A stretch of 62,641 bases of DNA, the filler included, from Choristocarpus tenellus KU-1152 (lineage: Eukaryota; Protista; Phaeophyceae): the NCBI GenBank assembly GCA_964200185.2. It is 10 parts of 10 records of this genome, joined end to end, with 100 filler letters (N's around TTAATTAATTAA, not from the genome) between each part and the next. Parts side by side here need not be neighbours in the genome. Positions count along the whole stretch, not along the records: positions 52,058 to 62,641 come from CAXNAD020002846.1; 9 more parts are not named here. One strand, 5' to 3'. Position 1 is the first letter of the stretch, and each line of letters starts with the position of its first letter. Below are positions 59,401-62,641 of the stretch, piece by piece. The position numbers and the translations under genes were made by a program. The notes under the pieces were generated by a model. The model was not told the DNA's origin, made no database searches, and saw nothing but the letters and a program-made list of their open reading frames with translations.

Positions 59401-62400
59401 AGAAAAAATCAAGGGGAACAGGACCAGAGTGTTGGTGGGTGAACACACAGCTACACCAAAGTAGGTAAGGGACTGCAAAGCATGCGCAAAGATGATGTCC
59501 CATCAAGCATGAACACTAACACTATAATATAAGTCTGTTGCTCTACATTGATAACCCAGAGTAGATAAGAGTTAACAACCTCGAAAAGATACAGGGTAGA
59601 GCAAAGCAAGGTGGTCAACAAAAGTAGTACAGAGGTGATATTCCTTGGGGAAGATGGGGGAGGACTCCAACCTGTCTTGCCACTGTAGCTGCCGAGAATG
59701 TCCTGAAGGTAATGAATGCCCTTGGGGTCATCTCAGGAAAGTTGATCTTCTGAGCTCCCCCAAAAAATTAAAATAAAACACCATGACATCAACGGAAGGG
59801 GAGGGGGGAAAGCCCGTGGCATTTAGAGGTAAAAGTTGGTTAAAGAGTCCTAGTGAAGGCATTCAATCTCACATTAGCAAGAGCGAAATGCTATAGTGTC
59901 CACCTGGAAAAAGGATACTCGATGAAGCCTACTTGAAGTTCAAGTATCAATAATAGCAGTACTGGAGTAGGCTACATCATAGAGTTCTGGTCATGCCGAT
60001 GGTAAACTCAACAGCAACATCAACGATGCCTTGAGCAGCTGTTGAGCGGACTAGGTCATCCAACACAAAATGAACACCACTTCTGACTTGGCTACAAAAT
60101 ATAAGCAGATCTATGCAATGGAAATATAATGCTGGTTGAGTTGTGAGTGGTGAGACCTTTGGTCACCAAGTCCTATTGTTGTGTGCATTCTGTAGAAAAA
60201 AAAAACAATTTACAACAAAAAACCCAACAACTCAAGACCTGAAAAACTGAATAAAACACTTTTTAATTGGTTACGGTGTCACTTATTCCTCAATCAATTG
60301 AACTCAGATGACCAAACTGCTAAGGACCACACTTACAGTACATTTTAGCAGTGCACACTACACTAGAACAATAAAATATGCCCCACCAAATAAGACAAAT
60401 AAATAACCACATCAACCTCACAAACAATCCTCTTGTGCACTACCACCAAGAACAAAAACAGAACAACATCCCCAACAACACCCCTTGAAATCATGCACAG
60501 CTCAAACACACTCACTCGCACTGCACGTGATGAAGCATGTCCTATTCCACGACGCAAGAGCGGGACTCTCTCACCCCCCTCCATACCAACATCTTGTAAG
60601 GCATCAACATCTTCCTCCTCCTTCCCTCTACCTCCATGTGAGGTGCTATTGCCCTGCCTCTCATGCCTCCATAACCCTTGCAACCCCTCCTTGCTCCCAC
60701 CATGTCGCTGCCCTCCCCAGTCTTCCACATTCCCCTCTCCTAATTCCTTTCCCCTCGTCTCCATACTGTATTCCTCTTCTTGATCTCTAAATCTAACTTG
60801 TGTCCCCCTCCTTCTTGCCGCTTTCCCTATTCCCATATGCATGCTGCTACCACCAACTCCCAAAGCATCACGATGTGTATCTGAGAGCTCATCGTCATCG
60901 GAGGAAGACGCAGAGCTCCCCCCCTCAGCCCCTTCCATGAGCAGCTGTTCCACAGGGCCTGTGTTGTCATCACTGATTAACTGCCCTGATTCTTGCTGAT
61001 AGGGTCAGAGTACGCCCACATCACAGCAAAACAGGTTTGCACAGGAAAGTGGAAGATGGGTATGTTTGTTGGGGGGGGGAGCAACAAGAGGGTAGGGATG
61101 GTGCAGCGTACATACTATGGACAAGGGGCATAAATGGACTTGATAGTCAACACTGGAATGGGGAAGAACGGATTGCGTGGTGGGGGGTAGAAGGTAATGC
61201 AAGAAAAATATAAGCAGAACAACACTGAGCTACTAAGACTAGGCTTCCAAATCCCCTACCCCTGATTTGCCCTCTCCCCTCTTCCAAAGATTGATCAATA
61301 ATGCAGAGATTAATGCTCTGTATGTGTGCTGCAATTCAAATCTCAACACATCTGCATCGCATTTTGGTTTGAATCAGTGAGACTACTTCATGATAAAAGC
61401 ACAAGATGATGCACATACAATGTTTCCAATACATGCACAGGAGTCATACATCAAAACTGATGCAACTGAACAAAATAAAAAAATCATATACAACAATAAC
61501 AATGTAAAAAATAGCAATTGGTAGCCAAGACCAGACTCAGCACCTCAATACCAGCAAAGCAGGCTTCAGATGATGCAAAAGCAGTTAAGGCATAAAGTTA
61601 CAAGGAGTCAACCATAAATCCTCTTACACACTTATCCTCAAAGTCAACTGTTCAAAAACTGCTAAACAAACATAGGCAACATGCAATCCCAACCCCATGC
61701 ACAGACATGGACGACATGAACACAGCACTCAAAATTCAAAGTAGTCCATGAAAATTTAGGGAGCTTAGAAATACAATTACATAAAAAAATATCAGAAAGT
61801 CCAGCCAATGTTATGATGTACATTTGAATCAAAGATCTAGGCAATGATGGCTATCATGTAATCTTATGCCTGAATGAGATCCCCTCTACAATTTTAAGAG
61901 TAAGAGCAACATCGCTACATAGAACATAGCTGCTGAGGTCCACCACAAGCTCAAGCCAAAAATCTTGCACATTTCATCACAATAGAGCTCTATAAAGTAC
62001 TACTCAGTTACTGGTACTGCTGGTGCGGCTGGCAATGATTCACCGTACGCACCATTAATCAACAGTGATATGCATCATAGAAACAGTCAAAATACACTGA
62101 TCAATCCACCTCAGCACACATGGGCACTACAGTTTGCATGATCCAGTCACCATTCAGCCACAAAGTGCATGCACTCCTCTAATCGTTCCCAACTAATATC
62201 TAATATCACACAAAGCTGCTCGACAAAGAAAAATAAGGTCTCACCAAAAAACAAAGCAGCTGTAAAGTCCTCTAGCAGGACTCAAGACCCCTGCTGCCTC
62301 TGCATTTCCCAACAAGTCAGTCAACAACTAGTTCAAGGAGTTATATGTAGGAAGGGAAAGGACACATTACCTCTCCCAACACCAATGAGGAGAGCAAGTT

Positions 62401-62600
62401 ACAAAGTTACCTAGAGTCAACCCTAAAATGAAGCATGGGGCGACGGACAAAAAGGATGAGCATTCCAGGAGAGTCAACAGGGATCATACCGACATGATAG
62501 CCTGTATGGCACGCTGAAGTGTCCCTGCTGCCGCCATCCTCCTGGCCCTGTCATCCATCATTCGCAAGTGATGAAGGCGTTTTGCCTGCTCTCGGCTCAC
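53474..62600 (-). CDS. OSCA/TMEM63 (CSC1/ERD4-like) calcium-permeable channel, central and C-terminal exons
   Basis: Exons at 62600-62490, 60995-60516, 59749-59672 (AFITFRT), 59337-59098 (APEARDIYWFN), ~58182-58021 (LEG..S...YFNFQ), 56150-56037 (VINVFLVTTLAG..LLGESLPK), 55737-55651 (FFSEYI), 54590-~54450 (FNYPKYY), ~53963-53781 (YKHQMLYVY..YETGG) and 53623-53474. The 5' end lies beyond the window and the last exon was not located. Confidence 0.93.
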
Positions 62601-62641
62601 CTGTTTGCCGGTAATTTACATACACCAGGAAAAAAAGGGGG

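Overview
Eukaryotic, intron-rich genomic DNA, most likely a photosynthetic stramenopile (brown alga or close relative). That assignment is inferred from gene style, TTAGGG tracts and an RlmN with an N-terminal extension. The window is not contiguous: it is 10 contigs joined by 100-nt N-TTAATTAATTAA-N linkers, and most contig ends fall in repeats or homopolymers. Recognisable spliced genes are the 3' part of proteasome RPN1/PSMD2 (-), a transmembrane RING-H2 E3 ligase (-), the 5' part of PWP2/UTP1 (-) head-to-head with a taxilin-like coiled-coil gene (+), a LisH-domain gene (-) head-to-head with a complete 6-exon RlmN-family radical-SAM methyltransferase (+), and part of an OSCA/TMEM63 channel (-). 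Mobile DNA includes a Ty1/copia RT-RNaseH relic, two CRE-like non-LTR 3' ends, at least three MITE-like families and satellites. The most interesting signal is in contig 2 (about 4.8-8.5 kb, minus strand): a decayed, intron-containing ORF whose fragments line up, in order, with catalytic-core motifs of RAG1/Transib/Chapaev-type DDE transposases. A second decayed ORF (17.4-19.9 kb) may be a KDZ-type transposase. All family calls come from reading motifs by eye; no searches were run.
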